Below are positions 14,301-25,616 of a DNA stretch of 64,000 bases, one piece after another. The stretch is taken from contig OZ024743.1 in NCBI GenBank assembly GCA_964016885.1, positions 263,686,001 through 263,750,000 on the forward strand. The letters run 5' to 3'. The first letter of the stretch is position 1. Every line of letters starts with the position of its first letter. The notes below the pieces were generated by a model. It was not told the origin of the DNA. It did not search any database and saw only the letters and a program-made list of their open reading frames with translations. Made by a program: the position numbers and the translations under genes. This DNA is from Eledone cirrhosa (taxonomy: Eukaryota).

Positions 14301-15454
14301 CATCATCACCGTTTTACGTCCGTTCTTCCACGCTAGCATGGGTGAGACGGGTTGTCCTGTTGTGGGCAGTGTCCGGTCGGCTGACCTTGTCTTGCTCATA
14401 CCGGAACTGATTCTGGCTTGATTTCTACAGCTGGTTCCCTTCCTAACACCAACCTCATTTACAATGAGTGCTGGGTGCTTTTTTCCCTGGCACCTACACG
14501 TCCACTTTAAAGTGTGTGCTGGGTGCTTTTTTGCCGTCGCACCTCCACGACCACTTTGCAGTGGGAGAGGGTGGGGGCATATTGTCTATATGCTTCAGCT
14601 TCGGCTTATATCCGTGGGGTGTGTGGCGTTCTGTATTACTGTGTGACGCCAGAGGTCACAGTCGTGTGTCATCGCCTTTGAGAGGTGTAATTGGGTAAGG
14701 TCGGCTTTTATCACCTCATACCAGGTTTTCTTGTGTCTCCCCACTCCGCAGTTTCCTTCGACTTCTAGTGCTCTGCACCTTTTTATGCAACTGTCATTCT
14801 TCACACGCATCACATGTCCAAACCAACGCAACCACCCCTCCTGCACACAGCATTTGATTCCTCTTATGTTCAGTCTCTCTCTCAATTCGTTTATGCTTTG
14901 CCGTTCGCGTATATTACTATTACACATCCATCGGAGCGTGCAGGCTTCGTTTCTTTCTAATCTACGCAAGTCTTCGACAGTTAGCGCCCAGGTCTCACTA
15001 CCATGTAACATTGCTGTTCGTATACACGCATCATACAGTCTGCCTTTCATTTTGAGGGAAAAGCTTTTTGCAGCTAGCAGTGGCAGTAGCTCCCTGAACT
15101 TCTTCCATACCGTTCTTAATCTACTTATTGTACTTTACGAACACCCACCTCCACTGCTAATTAGGTCACCTAGGTGGCAGAAGCTGTCTACTGTTTCTAC
15201 AGAGCCCTCCCAGAGATTGGTGGTACTGTTTCCTGTGGCTGTTTGATGCTGGCTGTCCCAGCACAGCTGTTGCATGTGAAGCCTACATTCTTAGTTAAGC
15301 TTCCTGAGATCCCGCTGCATCTCTTGTGTACCAATTGCTTGCATTTGGGGCAGAGAATGGAGTTCCTACCTACACCTTTCCTACATACTGAGCAAGGCCA
15401 TTGCCCTGAGGGGATCTGGGTTCTGTTTTCTCGTCTACTTACAAGGACCTTAGT
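14301..15454 (-). mobile_element. 5'-truncated RTE/RTEX-like LINE with a PHD-like Cys cluster inside the RT
   Basis: Minus-strand TKVLVS..CSVCRKGVGRNSILCPKCKQLVHKRCSG..CNSC..FCHLGD, then LYDACIRTAMLHGSETW, RWFGHVMR and GRHKKTW. The 3' end lies at a short (TGA)n tail. Confidence 0.8.
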
Positions 15455-15457
15455 ATG

Positions 15458-15527
<70 letters not shown>

Positions 15528-15562
15528 CGTGCGTGTGCGTGCGTGCGTGCGTACGTGTGTGT

Positions 15563-15605
<43 letters not shown>

Positions 15606-15802
15606 TGAAAAGTTGAATTTCAAACGCAGAATCGCTATAAATGATAATTGTTTCTACTTTATGCACAAGGCCCGCAAATTACCCAATACATTACTGGTAC
15701 TTTATTTTATCGACCCCGTAAGGATGAAAGGCAAAGTTAACCTCGAATACCGTTTGTATATATTCCCCATTTCCCATCATAGAAACGCCTCCATAAATCA
15801 CA

Positions 15803-15887
<85 letters not shown>

Positions 15888-16488
15888 GGAAAAAAGGAAA
15901 TTTCATTTCTCACTCTTAGTACGGCTGATACTTAAATATAAGTATGTATACGTACATATATATGTGCATACAGACTTACAGTAGTATGTTTATACATAAA
16001 TACATGAACACATATATATATGTAAGTACGGGCTGTTTATTTACAAAAAAACCGAGCATTATAATAAATGTTTCGGTAAACCCATTTATCGTTTTCGGTA
16101 CGCCCAGCCAACTATCTCACTCGATATGTAAATTAGGCTGCTCAGCCGTTAATATGCATAAGGAAAGTATATACTTTCAAACGTTCAATCAACTGACAGG
16201 AAGGTATACGGTGTGATGACAGTTAATAAGCTAGAAACTAGTTCATCGTTCCTTTGCAGTGTTGAACAAAATGCCAACGATGTTTGCCGAACACTGAACG
16301 GCTAATAATTCGGGCTGTTTGTTTACAAACAAACCGAGCATTATAATAAATTTTCGGTAAACCCATACGTACATATATATATATATATATGTGTGCATGT
16401 ATGTATGTATATACATACTACTGTACGTCTGTATACATATATGTATGTACGTATACATCGTATACATACTTATATATATATATATATA

Positions 16489-16558
16489 CAGGGTGTCCAA
16501 TAAAATATATACTCTTCAAAAGCATTCTAAATATGTGTATACATTTTTGGGACACCCT
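16489..16558. mobile_element. Tiny Tc1/mariner-type MITE
   Basis: TIRs cagggtgtccaataaaat / atttttgggacaccct, in a TA context. Confidence 0.65.
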
Positions 16559-16625
16559 ATATATATATATATATATATAAGTACATACATGTAAACATAC
16601 GTACATACATGCATACATACATACA

Positions 16626-19115
16626 CCAGGAAGAGACATGATTGTCGGCTACTGGTACACAAACCTGATATTCTATTGGAGGTATCTTACTGACGTCTAC
16701 CAACAAGTTCTGAAGGGAGATACACTTATACCAGAATGGTTGACATTAGCACAAATATTACTGGTCCCCAAGAACAAAGACACCGACTTGGAAAAAAACT
16801 ACCGACCCATTACATGCCAGAACTTGATGTATAAGATGTATACAGCCTGCTTGAACCTATTCCTCCAAGATCACTGAAAATAATAACATCATCATAGATG
16901 TGCAAGCAGCTGGAAAGAAAGTGGTTTGGGGATGTGCTGAACAACTCCTAATCAACAAAACTGAGATGTCGGAGGTGCGACAACTGAGGAGAAATATAGC
17001 TACAGTCTGGCTGGACTACAGGAAAGCTTTCCATTCTCTTCCCCACTCTTGGATGATAGAGGCCCTCCAACTTGCTAAAGTTCCAGACATTATTGTCAGA
17101 GCCATAGAGAGGCTGTCTTCTTCTTGGGCTACTATCCTAAGGTTAAAGACAGAGATGGAGGACTCTATTTTCACTGATAAAATAAAATATCGCAGGGGTA
17201 TATTTGAGGGGGAATATCTCTCTGTGATATTATTCATCTTGTCACTAAACTCCTTGTCCTTTCTGCTCAAGAAATGTGAGGGTTACATCATTGGCTCACA
17301 GGAGGACAGAAATACGAACCTAACCCATAATTTCTTTGTGGACGATCTGAAACTCTATGCCAAGAACATGGATGGGATGAAGAAAAATCTTGACCTGGTT
17401 GCTACGTTCTCAAAGGATATAGGAATGGAGTTTGGCCAAGATAAATGCTCATACATGACTGTAAAGCGGGGAAAAACAACAACCCAATCTAGCAACATTG
17501 TCATCAATGGCCTAACTGTTTCCCCGATATCTGATGAGGACTGCTACAGATACCTAGGGATAGATGAGAACATATCCTATAATGGTATCTGTAATAAGGA
17601 ACGCGTAACCAGGGAATACTACACCCGATTAAGAAAGATTTGGTCATCGGAACTCTCTGCACAAAATAAAACAGTGGCTCACAATGTGTTTGCTGTGTCT
17701 GTCATAACACCAACGTTTGGAATACTCAATTAGACGATAGACCAAATCCGAGCTGTTGATGTTGGAACTCGAAAAATACTAAACAACACAGGAAACTTCC
17801 ACACCAACAGTGACACAGACGGCCTTTACTTGAAACGTAAGCAGGGAGGCAGAGGCCTGACATCAGTCCAGACAGCATTTGAATGTCGCATCATATCCCT
17901 CTACGAACCTTGAAGCGTAGGAGCCCGTCTCTCGAGCAAGTCTATCTGCATGAGACAGATAAGATCATGAGAGTTGGGAAGAAACTCCCCGAGAGATATT
18001 CCCTGTGTGATAATCAAAAACTCACACCAAGGGAAGTCGCTCAGAAGTATCGCAGTGAATCCATGGAGGAAAAGCTGCATGCTTATCAGCAAAAATCATG
18101 CATGGATATGTTGCCAGGAAGCTCCAGAGTGAGAGTAATATAGATAAGGAAAGTAGTCTATCTTGGACCAACAACTGCTATATTGGCTCCCACTTTGAAG
18201 GATACGCTTTTGCTATCCAAGAACAGGAGATTAACACGAAATACCTGATTCACAAAAGAGATAGGGATGCAGGCAAAACACCTAGATGTGATAACAAGTG
18301 CAGACTCTGCAGAACTAACATCGAGGATATCACCCATGTCATCAGCAGCTGCCCAACGATGACATCGTGGTACTATCTACCTATGAGGCATGATATAGTG
18401 GCCAAAACACAGTACAATGCAGTTCGTAAAAAAGATAGCCCCGATAATAAACACATTAAAAGCTACAGCAATATGGAAGACATCCACGTACATAATATGA
18501 AAGAGTACTGGTGGAATGTTCCAGTAAAAACCCCAATAAAATGCAGGCATAACAGACCAGATATTATGATATGGGACAGGGAGAAGAAAACACGCACTGT
18601 AGTGGAAATTAGCTGCCCAGCAGATGTCAATATAATATCAAAGATTAGCGAAAAGGAGAATATTTATGCAGAACTGATGAGAAATCTGCATATACTCCAC
18701 CCTGATTACACCTTCGGATTTATGCCTGTGATTATTGGGGGGCACTCGGGTATGTTAGTAACTGCCTCAATACAAATCTTGAGAAGCTAGGCTTCACAGG
18801 AATAGAAAGAACACAACTAGTTAGGAAATTACAAGTACAATCCATTAATGGAACAGTAAAAATATGTAAAACCTTCCAAAAATTTTGCATCTAATAACTG
18901 CATATACACATGTACAAAGCATAAACACATGCACACATAAACTCAAAACATCCACATCCACACATACAATAACATCCATATCTACACATGCATGCATGCA
19001 TACATAATCTACCCTGTTGATGTTGTGTAAATTCCAATGAGAGAGTCTTGTGTCTATGTTAGAACCGACTCTCTCTCTATTGGTAAAACTTTGTGAAATT
19101 ATAAAACCAGAAGAA
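16626..19115 (+). mobile_element. R4/Dong-clade non-LTR retrotransposon (RT plus restriction-like endonuclease), 5'-truncated and disrupted
   Basis: NYRPITC, WLDYRKAF, RRGIF.G..LS, FFVDDLKLY and YRYLG, then a CCHC finger (CRLC..HVISSC), RHD, RPDI and VVEISCP. Contains stops and frameshifts. Flanked by (TACA)n. Confidence 0.9.
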
Positions 19116-19525
19116 TATACATATATTCAAACATACATACATGCATACACACACAACAGTCATGTGATACTTGTACTCTTTTGCTGTGCAACAACGCATG
19201 ATTTTACATCACGAAAATCAATCGCCGCCATCGTTGTTGTCTTAAACTATTCCATTCTCTTTTGCAACCGAATTTAGCCCCAATGTTAGAATATTAGCAA
19301 ACTGTTTCTAACTGTCATGCCGATATGCAATAAAATTATTTTTCCAAGACATTACAACATACATTACAGTAAAATCCGATGAATATACGGATATTTTGGC
19401 GGTATTTGCAGACACCAACATATCGATCATCAACCACATAATACGGTTATTGCGGTTCCTCTGTTGCTTCATCACGCTTCTCACGATTGGTCGCATAATC
19501 AAAACACAAGAATTTGTAATCACAG

Positions 19526-19593
<68 letters not shown>

Positions 19594-19594
19594 A

Positions 19595-19649
<55 letters not shown>

Positions 19650-19650
<1 letters not shown>

Positions 19651-19686
19651 CGTTTCTGAATTGGCAACATGAACCCCCCAAAGTAT

Positions 19687-19693
<7 letters not shown>
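19650..19693 (+). mobile_element. ~45-bp terminal fragment of a PLE-associated repeat in (TA)n
   Basis: tttctgaattggcaacatgaacccccaaagtataacaata matches 58501-58540. Confidence 0.7.
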
Positions 19694-19774
<81 letters not shown>

Positions 19775-19859
19775 GAGTATATTACACACTAATGTGTAAA
19801 TTTTATCGCTGGAGACAATTAGTTTTAAGATGCATATATTATTCTAAGAATCATCATGT

Positions 19860-20190
19860 GAATGGGTAAGAAGTTCACTTTGCAATCGTAAGGTTCAGGT
19901 TTCAATACCACATCGTGACCTCTTGGACATATATCATTTATTATAGCCTCAGGTATTCCCATGCCTTGTGAGTGAAATTGGGCCGATAGGAATCTATTTG
20001 GAAGTGATGAACCGGTTATTCCAAGGGTGAACCTCATCATACACTGTGTCACGCTGAATCGCTCTGAGAATTACACTAAGACTATGCATGTATACGAAAT
20101 GCTTAGGCACTTACACGTTAATTCTATGAACAAGCTGTTCCGTTGATCGAACAACTTGAACATTCATTGTAGAAACATGTATCATCCATT
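19860..20190 (+). mobile_element. CORE-like tRNA-derived SINE (family B)
   Basis: ggtaagaagttcactttgcaatc..atgccttgtgagtgaaattggg. Homologs at 21890-22180, 22530-22860 and 48540-48870. Confidence 0.65.
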
Positions 20191-20334
20191 CCATCATGTA
20201 TATATCAAGATGAGCGCAGATGCGCTACATGAGAAAAAAATACAAACAATATATATATATACATTGGGTTGTAACAAAAATTCCCGCCGTTGTTATAATT
20301 TGTTTAATAAAAAAAACACCGGGAATTTATGCCA

Positions 20335-21305
20335 AGTTTGTTATGAAGCCCACTGACATCTCTGCAGTAAACCAGCTCTTCCTCTTTTGTGAAGAAAGAA
20401 AAGAACTCTTCGTGCCGACTCCGATATAAGGTTATACGGACACCCTTCTCTAGAAGATTCTTCTCTTTCAGTCGTGATGCCAACAGTTCTGCAGAATTTT
20501 TTTGAAGGTTCAAGTCAGGGACTAGATCATTCAGCTCCAGCTGGGAGAATAGTTGAGGTAAAGTCTCAACTGAAAAATCTTGATCTCTAGTGTCATCTTC
20601 AGGCGATGAATGTACTTTGGTTGAGTGTAAAGTTATCTGAGGCAAGACATTGAAGACAGGAACAGGAAGCTCTTCACTATGTGGAACCGGTTTAATAGCA
20701 GAGGCAAGATTAGGATAGACAAGCATTTATCGATTTTTCCGGTTAATACCCTTCAAATTTAGGTTACAAAAATAGCAGTCGTCCACGTGATTATAGGACT
20801 CTCGCCATACAATTGGTATTACAAACCTCATACTTTTCCTTGTCCCTTTAATCCATTGTCGCAAATGTTATGTACATTGTTTGCAGACACTATGCGGTGC
20901 CCAATATTTATCTTGGTCTCCCAGCTTGACAACAAAATATGCCACATACGTTCTTTCAACAAAATCAGTGATTTTCTTTTGATTTTTAGGTAATGTGTAT
21001 TTTCCACAAACATAACAAAACACAATTTGAGAATTAACGAAACACTTTCTTGAAGAGGACATCTTGCTCATTTTCTATTGCTTAGTTCACCACAATATCT
21101 AAAAAGTATGGAAAAAGAAAAACAAACTTAGAATTAGAATAAGGTAACGAACTGTGCGTACTGGACGTACACACATACATAGTGATTAGAGGGATGTTCA
21201 ATAACTTAAAAACTAGATCTGATAGGTAAAAAAGAAAGTTATATTTGGATTCAGGAGACCGATTTTGTATAGGAATGATGTCACCAAAAACCTTGTAGAC
21301 CAGTG
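20335..21305 (-). mobile_element. DNA transposon remnant, Chapaev3/CMC-like transposase N-terminal half with one terminus
   Basis: FCYVCG..KLGDQDKYWAPHSVC, WRE..NHVDDCYFC and FSQLELNDLV.DL...AELLASRL.EKNLL. The terminus starts cactggtctacaag at 21305. The family name is from memory of motifs. Confidence 0.65.
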
Positions 21306-21378
21306 TTATTTATCTAGTTAAATTCTGCGGACTAAGGAGAAGAAAAATTGGATATATTTTGTCTGACTGTTCTTCGAA

Positions 21379-21415
<37 letters not shown>

Positions 21416-21579
21416 TGTACCTGGATTTGCGACCAACAGATAGTATTAGCGATTAGGAAGACCAATGGAAATATTGTTTCCTCGGTGAGATTTGACGAGC
21501 TCCACTCCATTCGTTAAGCGAATGAGGTCTGGTACTTTGTTGATTGACTGTCTATATTTCATTTTACTTTATGTGTATG

Positions 21580-21730
21580 CAGCGAATTGGCGGAGTTATG
21601 AGAACGTCGGATAGAATGCTTTGTGGTATTCGTTCCAGCTCTCCGTGCTCTGAGTTCAAATCCTGCGGTGGTCAACTTTGTCCTTCATTCATTCGAGGTC
21701 GTTAAATAAGTACCATCTTAGTACTGAAGT
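21580..21730 (+). mobile_element. SINE family A
   Basis: gcgaattggcggag..ctgagttcaaatcc..gtcaactttgtccttcattc..gaggtcgttaaataagtacc. Confidence 0.7.
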
Positions 21731-21889
21731 CGTTTCTTTATATCGCTTCCCCACTTATTCTTTCTATCACCCTCTCTCATTATCTGGAAGAAATGTTCTT
21801 TGTTCAGACCTGGAGCAACGGTGGGCCCCGTTAGGTTTTAAATATGCTTAAGAAAACCAGGAGGTATGGGTTCATATAGATTTTGCGTG

Positions 21890-22180
21890 GATGCTAAATG
21901 GCAAAGGCGTTCGCTTTGAAAGACCGTGGTTTCAGGTTCAATCCCACTGCGTGTCATACTCGGCAAGTACATTTTAACCTAACTTCTGGATGACTCAACT
22001 GTCTACTTGAAATTGGGCAGACGGAAATTGTGTGAAATTCCGTTGGACAGCAATTCAATGGACTAGTATTGTTACACTGTCAAGCTGGTTCAGACTGAAA
22101 ATTACGTTAAAGTTACTCATGTCGGCGGAATTTGCAATCTCTTATACGTTAATTCAATGAAATTGAAGCTGTTGATAGAA
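21890..22180 (+). mobile_element. SINE family B
   Basis: ggttcaatcccactgcg..ggcaagt..gaaattgggcagacggaaattg. Confidence 0.6.
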
Positions 22181-22529
22181 CTTATATGTTTTTGCTGAAA
22201 CAAATGGAAATGTCTTGAAATTTTACATTATGATGTACATTATATTCTAAATATTTAAATTTCCTTGTATTAATTTCGTTTCACTTCGTTTCACTTCATT
22301 TCATTTTATTTCATTACATTTCGTCTTATATTTATTCAATTTCAACTTCACATATTTGAAAAGACATAGGGACATATGTATCTGCGTCTGTATGTATATA
22401 TACATTTATATTTATGTTTATTTGTGTATCAGAGAATATCGTTATATAGACGCAACGTTGGGGACAATCAGATTTGAGATGTAAGTATCATTCTACGAAA
22501 TATCATATACAAAGTGAAAGTAACAGGGC

Positions 22530-22860
22530 CAACTGGTTAAGAAGTTAGCTTTGTAATCATACAATCTCAGGTTAGATTCCAATGAGTGATATGTTGAGAA
22601 AATGTCATTTAACATAGACTCGGGTCTTGTGATAGAAATTGGGCAGATGGAAACTGTTGGAAGCTCTTCGGATAGACTCTACCTGTAATTGAAAAGTTCA
22701 GCCGTTTCAGAATTTGTGATACACTGAATCTCCCTGAGAATTAATTTAAGGGCAAAGGTGACTGTGGATTGCTTAGCCAATTATACGTTAATTTCATAAG
22801 TTGGTAGCGCCGTTGATCGAACAACTGGAACAATCACCACAGAAACCGACCGAGGTCCTT
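22530..22860 (+). mobile_element. SINE family B
   Basis: ggttaagaagttagctttgtaatc..gaaattgggcagatggaaactg..tctccctgagaatt. Confidence 0.6.
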
Positions 22861-23518
22861 TCCATATAAATGTGAGTGTGTTTGTATGTGTGTACGTAAA
22901 TTTATAAATATATATACATAAATTTATTTATATATATAAGTTTATGTAGCTGCATGAATAGAGAGTTAAGTAGCCATGTATACGAATGCATCCACGTTTG
23001 TATGCACATGCGAATATGTACGTGTACGCGTATATTCATATGCATGTAAGGATATGTATCTATGTGTCTATGTCAGTAGATGTGTACTGTAACAGGACTA
23101 TATATGTGTGTGTGTGCATCCGGAAAAATACAGGTGATGATTTAAATCATATACGTAGTCGATCTCTCGGACTTTTAAGTGCTGAGAATATATAGTTAAT
23201 GTAACGGATGCTGTGATCATGCGCAGAGATGCGAGAAAAACGTATAAAATTGGGCAACGTATTTTTCAAACTCTAAAAGGTCTTCATCCTATTTTATAAG
23301 CTATCTTATAGCGTCTTTGTGCAGAAGCGCATCATCCTTTACATTGCCACAAATATTATTTGATTCATCTTGAAAAAATAAAAACCAAATATGACTTCGC
23401 CAGTGTTTGAACTCGAGGAGCAGAGCCGAAACAAATAACACAGAATCTCTGATAATGATCCAACATATTTCGCCTTTTGTAATGTTTGTTTATGTATGTA
23501 TGTATGCATGTATGTATG

Positions 23519-25571
23519 TTCTTCTGGTTTTATAATTTCACAAAGTTTTACCAATAGAGAGAGAGTCGGTTTCTAACATAGACACAAGACACTATCATTG
23601 GAATTTACACATCAACTAGGTAGATATGTATGTCTGCATGCATGTGTAGATATGGATGTTATTGTATGAATGGATGTGGATGTTTTGAGTTGTATGTGTG
23701 CATGTGTATATGCTCTGTATCTGTACATGTGTATATGCAGTTATTAGATGCAAAATTTTTGGAATGTTTTACATATTTTTACTGTTCCATTAATGGATTG
23801 TACTTGTAGTTTCCTAACTAGTTGTATTCTTTCTTCTGTTCCTGTGAAACCTAGCTTCTCAAGATTTGTATTGAGGCAGTTACTAACATATCCCAGTGCC
23901 CCAACAATCACAGGCATAAATCTGAAGGTGTAATCAGGGTGGAGTATATGCAGATTTCTCATCAGTTCTGCATAAATATTCTCCTTTTCACTAATCTTTG
24001 ATATTATATTGGCATCTGCTGGGCAGCTAATTTCCACTACAGTGCATGTTTTCTTCTCCCTGTCCCATATCATAATATCTGGTCTGTTATGCCTGCATTT
24101 TATTGGGGCTTTTACTGGAACATTCCACCAGTACTCTTTCATATTATGTATATGGATGTTTTCCACATTGTTGTAGCTTCTAATGTGTTTATTATCGGGG
24201 CTATCTTTTTTACGAACTGCATTGTACAGTGTTTTGGCCACTATATCATGCCTCATAGGTAGATAGTACCGCGATGACATCTTTGGACAGCTGCTGATGA
24301 TATGGGTGATATCCTCGATGTTAATTCTGCAGAGTCTGCACTTGTTATCACATCTAGGTGTTTTGCCTGCATCCCTATCTCTTTTGTGAATCAGGTATTA
24401 CGTGTTAATCTCCTGTTCTTGGATAGCAAAAGCGTATCCTTCAAAGTGGGAGCCAATATAGCAGTTGTTGGTCCAAGATAGACTACTTTCCTTATCTATA
24501 TTACTCTCACTCTGGAGCTTCCTGGCAACATATCCATGCATGATTTTTTGTGATAAGCTTGCAGTTTTTCATCCATGGATTCACTGCGATACTGCTGAGC
24601 GACATCCCTGGGTGTGAGTTTTTGATTATCACACGGAATATCTCTCAAGGAGTTCCTTCCCAACTCTCATGATCTTATCTGTTTCATGCAGATAGAATTG
24701 CTCGAGAAGCGGGCTCCTACGCTTCGATGTTTGTAGATGTTGTCGGAGAGAGATGATGCGACATTCAAATGTTGTCTGGACTGATGTTAGGCCTCTCCTC
24801 CCTGCTTACGTTTCAAGTAAAGCCGGTCTATGTCACTGTTGATGTGGAGGTTACCGGTGTTGTTTAGTATTTTTCGAGTTCCAACATCAACTGCTCGGAT
24901 TTGGTCTATCGTCCAATTGAGTATTCCAAACGTTGGTGTTATGACAGGCACAGCAAACACATTGTGAGCCACTGTTTTGTTTTGCGCAGAGAGTTCCGAT
25001 GACCAGATCTTTCTTAATCGGGTGTAGTATTCCCTGGTTACGCGTTCCTTATTACAGATACCATTATAGGATATGTTCTCATCTATTCCCAGGTATCTCT
25101 AGCAGTCCTCATCAGATATCGGTGAAACAGTTAGACCATTGATGACAATGTTGCTAGATTGGGTTGTTGTTTTTTCCCGCTTTACAGTCATGTATGAGCA
25201 TTTATCTTGGCCAAACTCCATTCCTATATCCTTTGAGAACGTTGTAACCAGGTCAAGATTTTTCTTCATCCCATCCATGTTCTTGGCATAGAGTTTCAGA
25301 TCGTCCACAAAGAAGTTATGAGTTAGGTTCGTATTTCTGTCCTCCTGTGAGCCAATGATGTTTCCCTCACATTTCATGAGCAGAAAGGACAAGGGGTTTA
25401 ATGACAAGATGAACAATATCACAGAGACTGTCCCCCTGAAATATACCCCTGCAATATTTTATTTTATCAGTGAAAATAGAGTCCTCCCTCTCTGTCTTTA
25501 ACCGTAGGATAGTAGCCCAAGAAGAAGACAGCCTCTCTATGGCTCTGACACTAATGTCTGGGACTTTAGCA
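23519..25571 (-). mobile_element. R4/Dong-clade LINE, second copy (inverted, more 5'-truncated)
   Basis: Near-identical to about 17070-19115 (GIFQGDSLS, FFVDDLKLY, RHD, RPDI, same 3' UTR). (ATGT)n on both sides. Confidence 0.9.
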
Positions 25572-25616
25572 CATGTATGTATGTATGTATGTATGTATGT
25601 ATGTATGTATGTATGT

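Noticed and set aside
14731-15608. Plus-strand ORFs of 171 and 144 aa
   Set aside because: They are antisense shadows of the minus-strand LINE.
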